Below are positions 31,001 to 39,466 of a DNA stretch of 64,000 nt, piece after piece (the stretch's first letter is position 1; each line of letters begins with the position of its first letter). The position numbers were made by a program, and so were the translations under genes. Where the stretch lies: IMG/VR virus record IMGVR_UViG_3300015244_001866, positions 27,952 through 91,951 of that record. One strand, given 5' to 3'. The stretch comes from a virus. Under the pieces are notes generated by a model. The model did not search any database. It was not told the DNA's origin and saw nothing but the letters and a program-made list of their open reading frames with translations.

Positions 31001-32106
31001 TTGCCTCTGATACTACATTAACTGCTCGAGGAAATATTAGCACTCGAACCGCAGGTGCGGCAACATCAAACTATGTTAAGTCACCGCCACAGATTAATAT
31101 ACCAACCTACTATAAAGGCAGTGGCAGTGTAGGCACACAAGGACCTCAAATAGATAGCCTGTCCTTGACTCAATCTTATCCATACAATACCATAGGTACT
31201 TATGGTTGGTTTGGTGGTGGAATTGCCCCACCCGTGGCAGCATCTCTTGGAACAATTGATAGGATAGATTTTTCAAACGACAGCCCAACGGCAGCTACCG
31301 TTAGAGGCGCATTAACTACAACAAGGGTAAACCTTTCAGCCGTAAGTAATACTAATTACGGGTGGTGGGGTGGAGGGTACACTGTGCCACTAGCTTATTT
31401 GAGTTCAGTAGAAAGAATTGATTTTTCAAATGACAGTCCTACTTCAGCAAGCCCAAGAGGTCCACTGGCAGTTATTTCTGTATCTGGCGCAGCCACAGGA
31501 AATGCAAATTATGGATGGTGGGCAGGCGGCATTACTCCTACTGTAACTTCAAATGTTCAAAGAATTAATTATGCTAATGACAGCCCCACTTCAGCGGATC
31601 TAAGAAACCCGCTGGATACAAATTTAAATGGTGCCGGGGCAGTATCAAATAGCAATTACGGATGGTTTGGTGGGGGCAGTACAGTTAATACGCCTAGTTC
31701 ACCAATTAGTTCTATTAGGAGAATTGATTTCAGCAATGATAGTTCCTGTAGGGTTAGAGGATCATTAAGTGCAGTCAAAATAGCGCCAAGTCATGCAGGC
31801 AACTCAAATTATGGATGGTTTATGGGATCCATCGTACCCGCATCATGTACATCGACTGTTGAGCGAATTGACTATAGTAATGACCTTGTATCGACATCAA
31901 TAAGAGGCACATTGCCCGCAGTCACGGGATCAGGCGGAGGAACTGGAAATTCAAACTATGGATGGAATGGTGGTGGTGGCGCCACCGCCGTCGTCACAGT
32001 ATATAGAATAGATTACAGTAATGATAGTCCTACGGCGGCTTCGACTAGGGGTGGGCTAAGTCAAGCTAGGATACATTTAAGAGCAGTTTCAAACTATGTA
32101 AGATAA
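28099..32106 (+). CDS. Kelch-like repeat protein 3 (24 repeats; 4 x 6-blade propeller)
   Basis: GTG start abutting the upstream TAA. Same repeats and linkers as the other two paralogues. Confidence 0.75.
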   Translation: MSLNNPQITSYRDTFLLDATHSRRLNNDWPDGSPSNPGTYGWFGGGYVPGASSTVDRIDFANDSPTSASPRGLLSQARGYISATGNASYGWFAGGTAAPGSISTVNRIDYSNDSPTSASVRGPLLIARHALAATGNANYGWFGGGQIPTPNFMASNVERIDYSNDSPTSASPRGFLSLARTEPGATSNANYGWWAGGWFPGSPATYTTIDRVDFSNDSPASASPRNPLLSQTKLGTAGFGNANFGWFAGGDGGGPVSPAASSYVDRIDYSNDSSTAGTSIRGSLIVARSRAAGSANSAFGWVGGGWVPGSRSWVERIDFANDTVSATTRGPLSQTRYGLGGTSNYVKTVPSTLYPTQNSLGTNQPLAGYGWMAGGLTPTAVSSVDRIDFANDSPTTTSSRAPLNRTHRRDAAAVSNGNYGWFGGGYGPAANNSTIDRVDFANDLVNSQNRGLLNNSKIYSAATGNSNYGWFFGGVNPGSTPQNVRIDRIDYSNDLVLASIRGALPPITAAWQQGSAGNANYGWFAGGYQGVPPATRVASIYRYDYSNDSPTSASPRGSLSLARTLLAGTGNANYGWFAGGNTPAAPINKSTVDRIDYSNDTGTASIRGPLTAAKGWVTATGNANYGWWFGGAVGSAISNIDRIDFANDSPTAATARGFLSSARYRTAGAVSNYVGPSIGQIKLAEPFIGGRTDGTYGWWAGGTDGTNSLSTIDRVDFANDSPTASSPRGILTQVRTAIGSASNSNYGWYAGGTLPAPSSSRVDRIDFANDSPTSASIRGGLSVARFGLAGIGTANYGWFGGGKPSAAGGTSVVDRVDFANDSPTTASVRGPLTSTRYSLSGTSNANYGWWAGGMTSITAITTVNRHDFANDTITVSTRGPLTSAAYIMGSAGNQNYGWFGGGYTTVPIATVQRIDFANDSPTSASTRTSLPAARQNLSAAGTSAYGWWAGGQRNTPTLYYSIVTRIDFASDTTLTARGNISTRTAGAATSNYVKSPPQINIPTYYKGSGSVGTQGPQIDSLSLTQSYPYNTIGTYGWFGGGIAPPVAASLGTIDRIDFSNDSPTAATVRGALTTTRVNLSAVSNTNYGWWGGGYTVPLAYLSSVERIDFSNDSPTSASPRGPLAVISVSGAATGNANYGWWAGGITPTVTSNVQRINYANDSPTSADLRNPLDTNLNGAGAVSNSNYGWFGGGSTVNTPSSPISSIRRIDFSNDSSCRVRGSLSAVKIAPSHAGNSNYGWFMGSIVPASCTSTVERIDYSNDLVSTSIRGTLPAVTGSGGGTGNSNYGWNGGGGATAVVTVYRIDYSNDSPTAASTRGGLSQARIHLRAVSNYVR

Positions 32107-32141
32107 TTTTTATCACTGATAGTTCATCATTAAATAGCACT
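32107..32141 (+). promoter_or_regulatory. Conserved post-propeller junction 3 with late promoter TAAATA (32131-32136)
   Basis: TTTTT...CATCATTAAATAGCACT-ATGATG; the 3' half is identical to junction 1. Confidence 0.7.
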
Positions 32142-32816
32142 ATGATGCAACCTAACCTACTTTCCAATATTTTAATTAAAGAAAATGTAATTACTAAAGA
32201 AGGTATTAATTTTCTCTTAGACTATATGCGGACTTCTAAAAAAGAAGACCTCTCAGTTTTTGATCCGGACAAGTCTAACGAAACTAGGGGCACCGAATGG
32301 GTCACTGATAAAAAATTCCGAGATACTCAGGTCTGTATTATAACTCCGCCTGTATTTGATCAAATAGAAGATCTCATGAAAAACATTGTTCGCAATGTAA
32401 TCAATCCATTTTACGGATTTGAAGTCAAGGACAGCGAAGTACCACAACTACTGCACTACGGTATAGGAGGACACTACCTGCCACACATCGACGGCTATGC
32501 CGAATGGACCAATCCAGATGGTACCAAACAGTGGCGCAAGAGTGTTGATCGTGATCTAAGTTTTGTACTATATCTTAATAACGACTTTCAAGGAGGAGAT
32601 TTTATCTTTCCCGGCCTCAATATTAAAATTAGACCCAAACCAGGAATGATGATTGCCTTCCCCAGCACCCCAGAATATATACACGGTGTAGAACCAGTGA
32701 CACAGGGCACCAGATTTAGCATTGTCACATGGATGACAGTCAAAGGATTTCCTACCATAGCTGATGAAGAACAAGAATTTCAAAAGAAATATGGACATAT
32801 GATTAATAAGAAATGA
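32142..32816 (+). CDS. Prolyl-4-hydroxylase-like 2OG-Fe(II) oxygenase
   Basis: 'QLLHY..GGHYLPHID' (HxD), 'LSFVLYLNNDFQGGDF', 'HGVEPVTQGTRFSIVTW' (distal His and Arg). Confidence 0.8.
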   Translation: MMQPNLLSNILIKENVITKEGINFLLDYMRTSKKEDLSVFDPDKSNETRGTEWVTDKKFRDTQVCIITPPVFDQIEDLMKNIVRNVINPFYGFEVKDSEVPQLLHYGIGGHYLPHIDGYAEWTNPDGTKQWRKSVDRDLSFVLYLNNDFQGGDFIFPGLNIKIRPKPGMMIAFPSTPEYIHGVEPVTQGTRFSIVTWMTVKGFPTIADEEQEFQKKYGHMINKK

Positions 32817-33382
32817 GAGATTTAAAAGACTACATCTTATATCTACCTAATTTTCTTCCTGTAGAATTATGTAACACAGTGGTAGATACATATCAAGACA
32901 GTAAGAGTTGGAAACAACACAGTTGGTATAATGCTAAAGAAGATCGTTTCAATCAATATTCACATGACTGTTATATACTAGCTCCCCAAGAATCACTCGA
33001 AACTGCCGCCGTGGCCAAATATCTAGACGCGGCCTCAGATGAAGCTATTAAACAATATTGTAAAAAGTTCGCTGTTGAAGGCATGATAAAAAATCGCACC
33101 TTTCCTAGATTAAATAGGTATGATGTTGATACACATATGAGTCCGCACTTTGATCATATACAGAGTATTTTTGATGGTGAAGAAAAAGGCATACCTATTC
33201 TCAGCGTCATAGGTAATCTAAATAGAAACTACGTGGGCGGCGAATTAAAATTTTTTAGACAAGATATGTTATTAATGAACGTAGGAGATCTTGTGGTGTT
33301 TCCAAGTTGTTTCCTATACACGCATGAAGTCACTGCCGTAGAGCAGGGCACTCGATACAGTTATGTTAGTTGGGCCTATTAA
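32813..33382 (+). CDS. 2OG-Fe(II) oxygenase (P4H-like)
   Basis: 'RLNRY...MSPHFD', 'GGEL', 'FPSCFLYTHEV..V..GTRYSYVSW'. Confidence 0.8.
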   Translation: MRDLKDYILYLPNFLPVELCNTVVDTYQDSKSWKQHSWYNAKEDRFNQYSHDCYILAPQESLETAAVAKYLDAASDEAIKQYCKKFAVEGMIKNRTFPRLNRYDVDTHMSPHFDHIQSIFDGEEKGIPILSVIGNLNRNYVGGELKFFRQDMLLMNVGDLVVFPSCFLYTHEVTAVEQGTRYSYVSWAY

Positions 33383-34018
33383 ATGATCACAGTTATATTA
33401 CCAAGTTTTGCCAGAGATACACTGAACAGAAGTCTCCAAAGTCTTATAAATCAAACCAATCCTAATTGGTCCTGTCAGCTGGGACTGGATGGCTACTCTG
33501 CCCCCAGCGGAGGATCACAGTTTTTACTCAGTGGAAATCAGGTGCCTTTTCCCCTGTTGCAAGATTCTAGAATTAAGACAACCTACATACCACAGAAACT
33601 AGGCAACAAATACTACAGACAAGTTGAAACAGGCAACGGACAAGGCGGGCTAGTCCGAAACATTTTAATTGACAAGGCAGATACTGAATGGATTACATTT
33701 CTAGATGACGATGATACTTTTCACCCAGAATGCATACAGCGTTGCTATGATGAAATTAATCAGGGTGGCTACGACTGCTACATACTAAAAAGAGCCTACG
33801 ACCCGGGTTATCAGCAGGTAATTCCGCCTAGAGACTGTACAGAGCTGGAACTAGGTAAGGTTAGCACTAGTTTTTTAGTAAATGTAGGGTTCCTAAGACA
33901 GCATGGCATAATATTTGTCAATGATAAATTTGAAGATTATATCTATGCTAAAATGATCGAAAGTGCGGGCGGGCGAATAAAATTCAGTGAGCATATAACT
34001 TATCACGTAGAGTTTTGA
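33383..34018 (+). CDS. GT2-like glycosyltransferase
   Basis: 'ITVILPS..RDTL.RSLQSLINQT', 'RNILI', 'WITFLDDDD', 'ED'. Confidence 0.8.
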   Translation: MITVILPSFARDTLNRSLQSLINQTNPNWSCQLGLDGYSAPSGGSQFLLSGNQVPFPLLQDSRIKTTYIPQKLGNKYYRQVETGNGQGGLVRNILIDKADTEWITFLDDDDTFHPECIQRCYDEINQGGYDCYILKRAYDPGYQQVIPPRDCTELELGKVSTSFLVNVGFLRQHGIIFVNDKFEDYIYAKMIESAGGRIKFSEHITYHVEF

Positions 34019-34058
34019 TTTTTGCTTGGTAAATACATACTACCGGAGTTAATTTCGA

Positions 34059-35939
34059 ATGACCATAGCATTTAATCTTGCTACACTACTGCTGACAACC
34101 AGCACCCAGGCTATTGCTACAGCCAGTACCGCTACAAATCTAAGTGGTGGAGTTGCCAATCAGATACCATATCAAACTGCTCCAGGGCAAACTAGCTATC
34201 TTACCGCAGGGACAGCAGGTCAGTTACTTTCAGTAGTTTCAGGTGCGCTAACCTGGGTCAGCACCAGTAGTCTAGGTATCGGTGGAGGGGGCGGCGCTAC
34301 ATTAAATGCTAGATGTGAATTTTTAGTTATTAGTCCAGCAGGTTCTTCTACTGGCATTGGTAACATTGCCATAGGATGTTGTGCTCTTACTGGCAACACC
34401 ACTGGCGCTTGTAACGTGGCACTTGGAGTGCTTGCACTAGGTAACAACAACAGTGGCGTTGGCAACGTTGCTATTGGTACTAATGCACTACGTTGTAACA
34501 TTACTGGATCTAATAGCGTTGCCATTGGGTACGGTGCTTTACTTGCTAGCCAGCATGGTACCCCTAACATTGCTATCGGGTGTTGTGCCCTCTATAGCAG
34601 TACAACTGGCAACGGTCGAAATGTAGCCATAGGAGGAGACGCTGCCAAAAGTAACACTACTGGATGTGATAATACCGCAGTTGGATGGCAAGCAATGTAC
34701 GGAAATACCTCTGGTAGAACAAATGCTGCCTTCGGTTATGGCGCAATGCGCAACAACAAAACGGGCTATGGTAGCACAGCCATTGGCGCGGCAGCTCTGT
34801 GTAATAATGTACTCGGAGATACTAACACTGCTGTTGGAGGTATAGCCCTTCAAGGCATGGCCAGCGGTACCGCTAACACTGCCATCGGACATAAAGCCAT
34901 GGGGGTCTGTTTAGGTACTCGAAACTGCAACACAGCACTAGGTAGCTGTGCAGGAATGTATATCACTACAGGACTATGTAATGTGTTTGTGGGAAATTTT
35001 GCTGGTAGCGGACTTACTACGGCATGCGGAAATACATTTGTTGGTGTAAGCTCAGGTGGGACCGTATCAACTGGAAATGACAATGTATTCGTTGGCAGAA
35101 GCGGTCAAGGAGCCATATCATTAGGTACTCCCTGCAGAAATATAGCCATAGGCTACGGCTCTTTAAATTGTATGAATGGTCTCGGTAATATTGGTATTGG
35201 ATCTAGTGCTGTAAGAGGACTAGGTGCCAACTCCACCGGTAATTATAATGTTGCCATAGGTTACGATAATATGTACGGGGGACCAACTACTGGTTGTAGC
35301 AATATTGCCATAGGTGGAAGAGGTGCAATGTACAATATTACAAGTGGAAATTGTAATATTGCTTTTGGATACGGCGCTTTGAGAACACTGACCATCGGTA
35401 ATAGCAATATTGGTATTGGTGAACAAGCCCTGTGTGGAAACACCAGTTCATGTAATGTAGCCATTGGAGGACTTGCTGGATGTTGTAACACCGCGGGCAG
35501 TAACAATATATTCGTTGGATATAATGCCCAACCTTCGGGCGGCACTAATAATAATACCATCACGCTAGGTAATGCTTCAATTGCCTGTATTCGAGCGCAG
35601 ATATCGACTATCACTGCGTTCTCTGACTGTCGTGATAAAACCAATATCTGTAATATACCTGTGGGATTAGATTTTATTCGTGCGCTAAGGCCTGTTAAGT
35701 TTGAATGGAACATGCGTGGTAATCCTACCGACGGCAAAAAAGGCACAGACGAAGCAGGATTTCTTGCACAAGAACTAGACGAAGCTATACAAAAATTTGA
35801 CGCCGAATGGATGCGATTGGTCAGTAAAGACAATCCTGAACGTTGGGAAGCAACCATTGGAAAACTTTTACCAGTTGTAGTTCGAGCAGTACAAGAACTT
35901 GCCGATCGAATGGAAGCTGTAGAAAAGAAAATCAATTAA
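34059..35939 (+). CDS. Tail fibre with Cys-rich NxAIG repeats and a C-terminal intramolecular chaperone (peptidase S74-like)
   Basis: 'FSDCRDKTNI..GLDFIRALRPVKFEW..GFLAQEL' followed by a terminal coiled coil. TAAATA at 34030-34035 and a GGAG SD upstream. Confidence 0.8.
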   Translation: MTIAFNLATLLLTTSTQAIATASTATNLSGGVANQIPYQTAPGQTSYLTAGTAGQLLSVVSGALTWVSTSSLGIGGGGGATLNARCEFLVISPAGSSTGIGNIAIGCCALTGNTTGACNVALGVLALGNNNSGVGNVAIGTNALRCNITGSNSVAIGYGALLASQHGTPNIAIGCCALYSSTTGNGRNVAIGGDAAKSNTTGCDNTAVGWQAMYGNTSGRTNAAFGYGAMRNNKTGYGSTAIGAAALCNNVLGDTNTAVGGIALQGMASGTANTAIGHKAMGVCLGTRNCNTALGSCAGMYITTGLCNVFVGNFAGSGLTTACGNTFVGVSSGGTVSTGNDNVFVGRSGQGAISLGTPCRNIAIGYGSLNCMNGLGNIGIGSSAVRGLGANSTGNYNVAIGYDNMYGGPTTGCSNIAIGGRGAMYNITSGNCNIAFGYGALRTLTIGNSNIGIGEQALCGNTSSCNVAIGGLAGCCNTAGSNNIFVGYNAQPSGGTNNNTITLGNASIACIRAQISTITAFSDCRDKTNICNIPVGLDFIRALRPVKFEWNMRGNPTDGKKGTDEAGFLAQELDEAIQKFDAEWMRLVSKDNPERWEATIGKLLPVVVRAVQELADRMEAVEKKIN

Positions 35940-35960
35940 TTTTTCAGCAAATTATATACC

Positions 35961-36000
35961 TATAAATATCTTGACATTAACTGGTCAGTTATTTTATAAT
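35961..36000 (+). promoter_or_regulatory. Compound promoter: TATAAATA late promoter plus sigma70 consensus TTGACA-N18-TATAAT with a palindromic spacer
   Basis: TATAAATA 35961-35968; TTGACA 35971-35976; TAACTG-GT-CAGTTA 35978-35991; TATAAT 35995-36000. Confidence 0.65.
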
Positions 36001-36008
36001 AGGTACAT

Positions 36009-36944
36009 ATGAAAAAAATCATTTACATCGATGGCGGTGCAGGCCGCGTGATTGCAGCCATTCCTGCACTGCTCAAATTTCACAGATTAAATCCAAAAGT
36101 AGATTGGCACGTGGTAATTCCAGCATGGGACGGATTGCTATGGAGTATTCCAGAACTACAAGATCGAACCTATGGTGCAGATACCAAAGGACTTTGGGAC
36201 AACATTATCAGCAAGGCCGACGAAATCATTACACCGGAGCCATATAGACTACCTGCCTACTTCCGTCAGGAAATCAGTCTAGCAGAAGCATTTGACAGAG
36301 AAATTAATCTAACCACAGACCACAGCGACCTAGGTGCACCTGCTCTGCTGTTTAACAAGGCAGAAGAAAAGTGGGCCGCTAATACCATTGCAGATGTCAA
36401 ACAACAACAACAAAAATCTAAGACTATCGTTATTCAACCTTTTGGTCGCGGCGCTACATTAGATCGTGCTGATGTTGTAGATTCAGCCAGCAGGAGTCTT
36501 AGCCCAGACTCATACATTAGTCTAGTTAAAAAACTAGCCGCAAAATACAACATGATATTCTTTGGCGAACCACAATTTCAAATAGTCACTGACACCCATT
36601 CATTTAAAATGCCCGGCAATACTGATCTAAGAATGTTTGCGGCCTTGATAGAATGTGCTGATTATTTTGTTGGCGTAGATTCTGTGGGACAGCATATGGC
36701 CAGAGCCAGTAACACTCCGGGCACTGTTATCTTTGGATCAACATTCCCTGTTAATACCAGCTATCCTGATTATTTTCAAATTATTGAAAAAGAAGGACAC
36801 AAAAAATACAGTCCCATTAGAATTACCGGACTAGACAGTATTCTAGCAGATAGGTATAATGACAGGATGATTGATTTTGATGAAAAAGAAATCACAGACA
36901 TGTACAACAAAATTGTCACAGACATAGAAGCCAAGGTCAAGTAA
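36009..36944 (+). CDS. GT9-like (heptosyltransferase-family) glycosyltransferase
   Basis: 'IDGGAGRVIAAIPAL', 'IVIQPFG', 'ADYFVGVDSVGQHMARA..PGTVIFGST'. Confidence 0.75.
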   Translation: MKKIIYIDGGAGRVIAAIPALLKFHRLNPKVDWHVVIPAWDGLLWSIPELQDRTYGADTKGLWDNIISKADEIITPEPYRLPAYFRQEISLAEAFDREINLTTDHSDLGAPALLFNKAEEKWAANTIADVKQQQQKSKTIVIQPFGRGATLDRADVVDSASRSLSPDSYISLVKKLAAKYNMIFFGEPQFQIVTDTHSFKMPGNTDLRMFAALIECADYFVGVDSVGQHMARASNTPGTVIFGSTFPVNTSYPDYFQIIEKEGHKKYSPIRITGLDSILADRYNDRMIDFDEKEITDMYNKIVTDIEAKVK

Positions 36945-38641
36945 TGCCATATAATATTCTAGCTATTAATCCAGGACACAATGGTTCGGCAGCACTAGTC
37001 AATGACGGGCGTGTAGTATTCTACGCAGAAGAAGAACGCCTTAGCAGAATGAAATATGACGGCAATCCTTTTCGAGCCATGTTGCAGATATTAGAAACTA
37101 CACATGTTGATGAACTAATTTTAGGCGGAACTAGTCCGGAATTTAGTAAGTTACCTTGGACCTTTGAAGATGCCTATACCGCACTGGCTAGAAAATATAG
37201 TCCTAAGGTGAAAGTTACAAACATGGGACATCAACATCACCTAGGACATGCCGCAGGTGCATTTTATAATTCTGGATTTAATTCAGCAGTGGCAGTTATT
37301 GTTGATGGTTCGGGTAGCGTTCATTCTACACTAATGAACGAAGATGATACCAACAGCAGTGTAGCTGGCTTTGAAACAGAAAGTATTTTTAATTGCTCTT
37401 ATCCTGCGGGATTTGATGCTATCTATAAAAGATATGCTGACGGCAATAGCAAGTATTTTAACAACGGTGTTCAAGAATTTGATAATTCTGTTACCATTAC
37501 TAAATCATACGAAGCAGTTAGTCAGTATCTAGGGTTTGGATTTATTGAAGCAGGTAAAACTATGGGACTGGCACCCTACGGAAAAGCTGACAAAAATATT
37601 CCAGAATTCTTTGTTGAAGGTAAGGGCAATAAAAATCTGCTACAACCAATGTATCCTGCTGGCGCACTAATTGACGAAAACAGATACTTTTATCTTCGTA
37701 GAGTACAAGATCCTAAATTATGGCACCATGATTTTTCTAAAGTAACTGACGTTGATAAAAATCTTGCATGGCGAGTACAGCAAGAAACTCAAAAAATGGT
37801 TGGAGACTTAATTGAACTAGCTGTGGCAAAAACTGGACAGACTAACGTGGTTATTGCTGGTGGTTACGGCCTTAACTGCGTGGCCAACTACTACTATCTA
37901 GAAAGATTTCCAGAACTTAATATCTTTATTGACCCGATCAGTCATGATGGTGGGACTGCCATTGGACTGGCTCTGTTGGCCTGGCATGCACATAGTAATA
38001 ATTTAAAGCCAAATAAATTAAAACATATCTATCTAGGTGCAGAACCCAACTACGAAGAATGTGAGTTAATTACAGAACATAATCTTAAAGTTAAGAACAA
38101 TGTAACCTACGAAGAAGTTGCAGAGCTTTTGAACAAACAAAATATTGTGGCCTTCTTTAATGGAAAACCTGAAGGCGGTCCTAGAGCATTAGGCAATCGT
38201 AGTATCTTATTTGATCCTAGAGTTGTCAATGGCAAAGACCTTGTAAATCGAGTAAAAGGCCGAGAATGGTTCCGCCCATTTGCAGGATCAATATTAGAAG
38301 AACATGCTGACAAGTGGTTTGAAATGCGTACATTAAAATCAAGCCCATTCATGATGTATGCTATAAATGTACTGCCCACTAAACTAGGCGACATACCTTC
38401 TATTACTCATGTTGATGGTACTTGTAGAATACAGACTGTTAATAAAGAAGACAACGAACACTACTATAATCTTATTTCAGCGTTCCATGCTAAGACAGGA
38501 GTACCAATTTTATTCAACACTAGTTTTAATCTAGCAGGCGATCCTCTAGTTGAAACACTAAATGATGCGGTGGATACTATTGTAAAGAGCAATATAAAAT
38601 ATCTCTATATACCACACCTTGGCCAATTAATTAGTAAGTAA
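36944..38641 (+). CDS. O-carbamoyltransferase (NodU/CmcH/TobZ family)
   Basis: 'EEERLSRMK', 'HHLGHA', 'VDGSG', 'GKTMGLAPYG', 'AGGYGLNC.AN', 'GPRALGNRS', 'REWFRPFA', 'HVDGTCRIQTV', 'NTSFN'. Confidence 0.92.
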   Translation: MPYNILAINPGHNGSAALVNDGRVVFYAEEERLSRMKYDGNPFRAMLQILETTHVDELILGGTSPEFSKLPWTFEDAYTALARKYSPKVKVTNMGHQHHLGHAAGAFYNSGFNSAVAVIVDGSGSVHSTLMNEDDTNSSVAGFETESIFNCSYPAGFDAIYKRYADGNSKYFNNGVQEFDNSVTITKSYEAVSQYLGFGFIEAGKTMGLAPYGKADKNIPEFFVEGKGNKNLLQPMYPAGALIDENRYFYLRRVQDPKLWHHDFSKVTDVDKNLAWRVQQETQKMVGDLIELAVAKTGQTNVVIAGGYGLNCVANYYYLERFPELNIFIDPISHDGGTAIGLALLAWHAHSNNLKPNKLKHIYLGAEPNYEECELITEHNLKVKNNVTYEEVAELLNKQNIVAFFNGKPEGGPRALGNRSILFDPRVVNGKDLVNRVKGREWFRPFAGSILEEHADKWFEMRTLKSSPFMMYAINVLPTKLGDIPSITHVDGTCRIQTVNKEDNEHYYNLISAFHAKTGVPILFNTSFNLAGDPLVETLNDAVDTIVKSNIKYLYIPHLGQLISK

Positions 38642-38644
38642 CTC

Positions 38645-39466
38645 ATGCAAAAATATCATTTTATATCTGGATTACCGAGAAGCGGATCAACACTGCTTAG
38701 TGCCATTCTAAAACAAAACCCTAGATTTACTGCCAATATTAGTGATCCACTGCAAGACTATGCTAGAACAATTCTACAAACTACTCATGCCAACGTTGGT
38801 ATGGAGATAGCAGTACCTATTGAAAAAAGAAAAGAACTAATTAAAGGATTGTTTTCTACGTTTTATCAAGACAATACTGAAGTCTGTTTTAATACTAATC
38901 GAGCTTGGACTGCTCAAACTTCCATGCTTAAAGACCTATGGCCCGACACTAAGATTATTGTCTGCGTCAGAGATGTTCCTTGGATATTAGATAGTTTTGA
39001 ACAATTGAACTCTAAAAACCCATATACTATCAAGGCCTTGTATCAACATCAAGATTTTCAAACAGTTTATCAAAGAACTAATAGCCTAATGAGCCTAGAC
39101 GGTGCAGGCGGGTATGTAACCGGCCCGCTAGCCTGTGTAAGACAAGCAGTATTTTCCAATGAAAAGGACATGTTATGTGTTGTAGATTACGATGCACTGG
39201 CAAAAAACCCAACAGCAACCATGCAAAAAATTTATCAATTTATAAATGAGCCGTTGTTTGAACATGATTTTGAAAACGTTGAAGATAGCTACGACGAATT
39301 TGATGAAAGTGCTAATATTAAAGGCTTGCATACTGTAAAAAAACGTGTAGAATATAAGATTAGAAAACCTATACTTCCGGCTGATCTATGGCAACAATAC
39401 ATGAATCAAAGTTTTTGGAAGTACGATTTTGACCACATTAAGAAGCAGATATTATGGATAGATTAA
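38645..39466 (+). CDS. Sulfotransferase (second copy)
   Basis: 'FISGLPRSGSTLLSAILKQNP', 'NRAW', 'VRDVPWILDSFE'. Confidence 0.85.
   Translation: MQKYHFISGLPRSGSTLLSAILKQNPRFTANISDPLQDYARTILQTTHANVGMEIAVPIEKRKELIKGLFSTFYQDNTEVCFNTNRAWTAQTSMLKDLWPDTKIIVCVRDVPWILDSFEQLNSKNPYTIKALYQHQDFQTVYQRTNSLMSLDGAGGYVTGPLACVRQAVFSNEKDMLCVVDYDALAKNPTATMQKIYQFINEPLFEHDFENVEDSYDEFDESANIKGLHTVKKRVEYKIRKPILPADLWQQYMNQSFWKYDFDHIKKQILWID

Noticed and set aside
15653-32106. Diversity-generating retroelement acting on the propeller repeats
   Set aside because: No reverse transcriptase or non-coding template repeat is in the window. Differences between near-identical patches are not adenine-specific, and loops vary in length.
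1-35939. CRISPR array or other non-coding repeat array
   Set aside because: All repeats are in-frame protein repeats inside long ORFs with synonymous variation; there is no constant-repeat/unique-spacer pattern.
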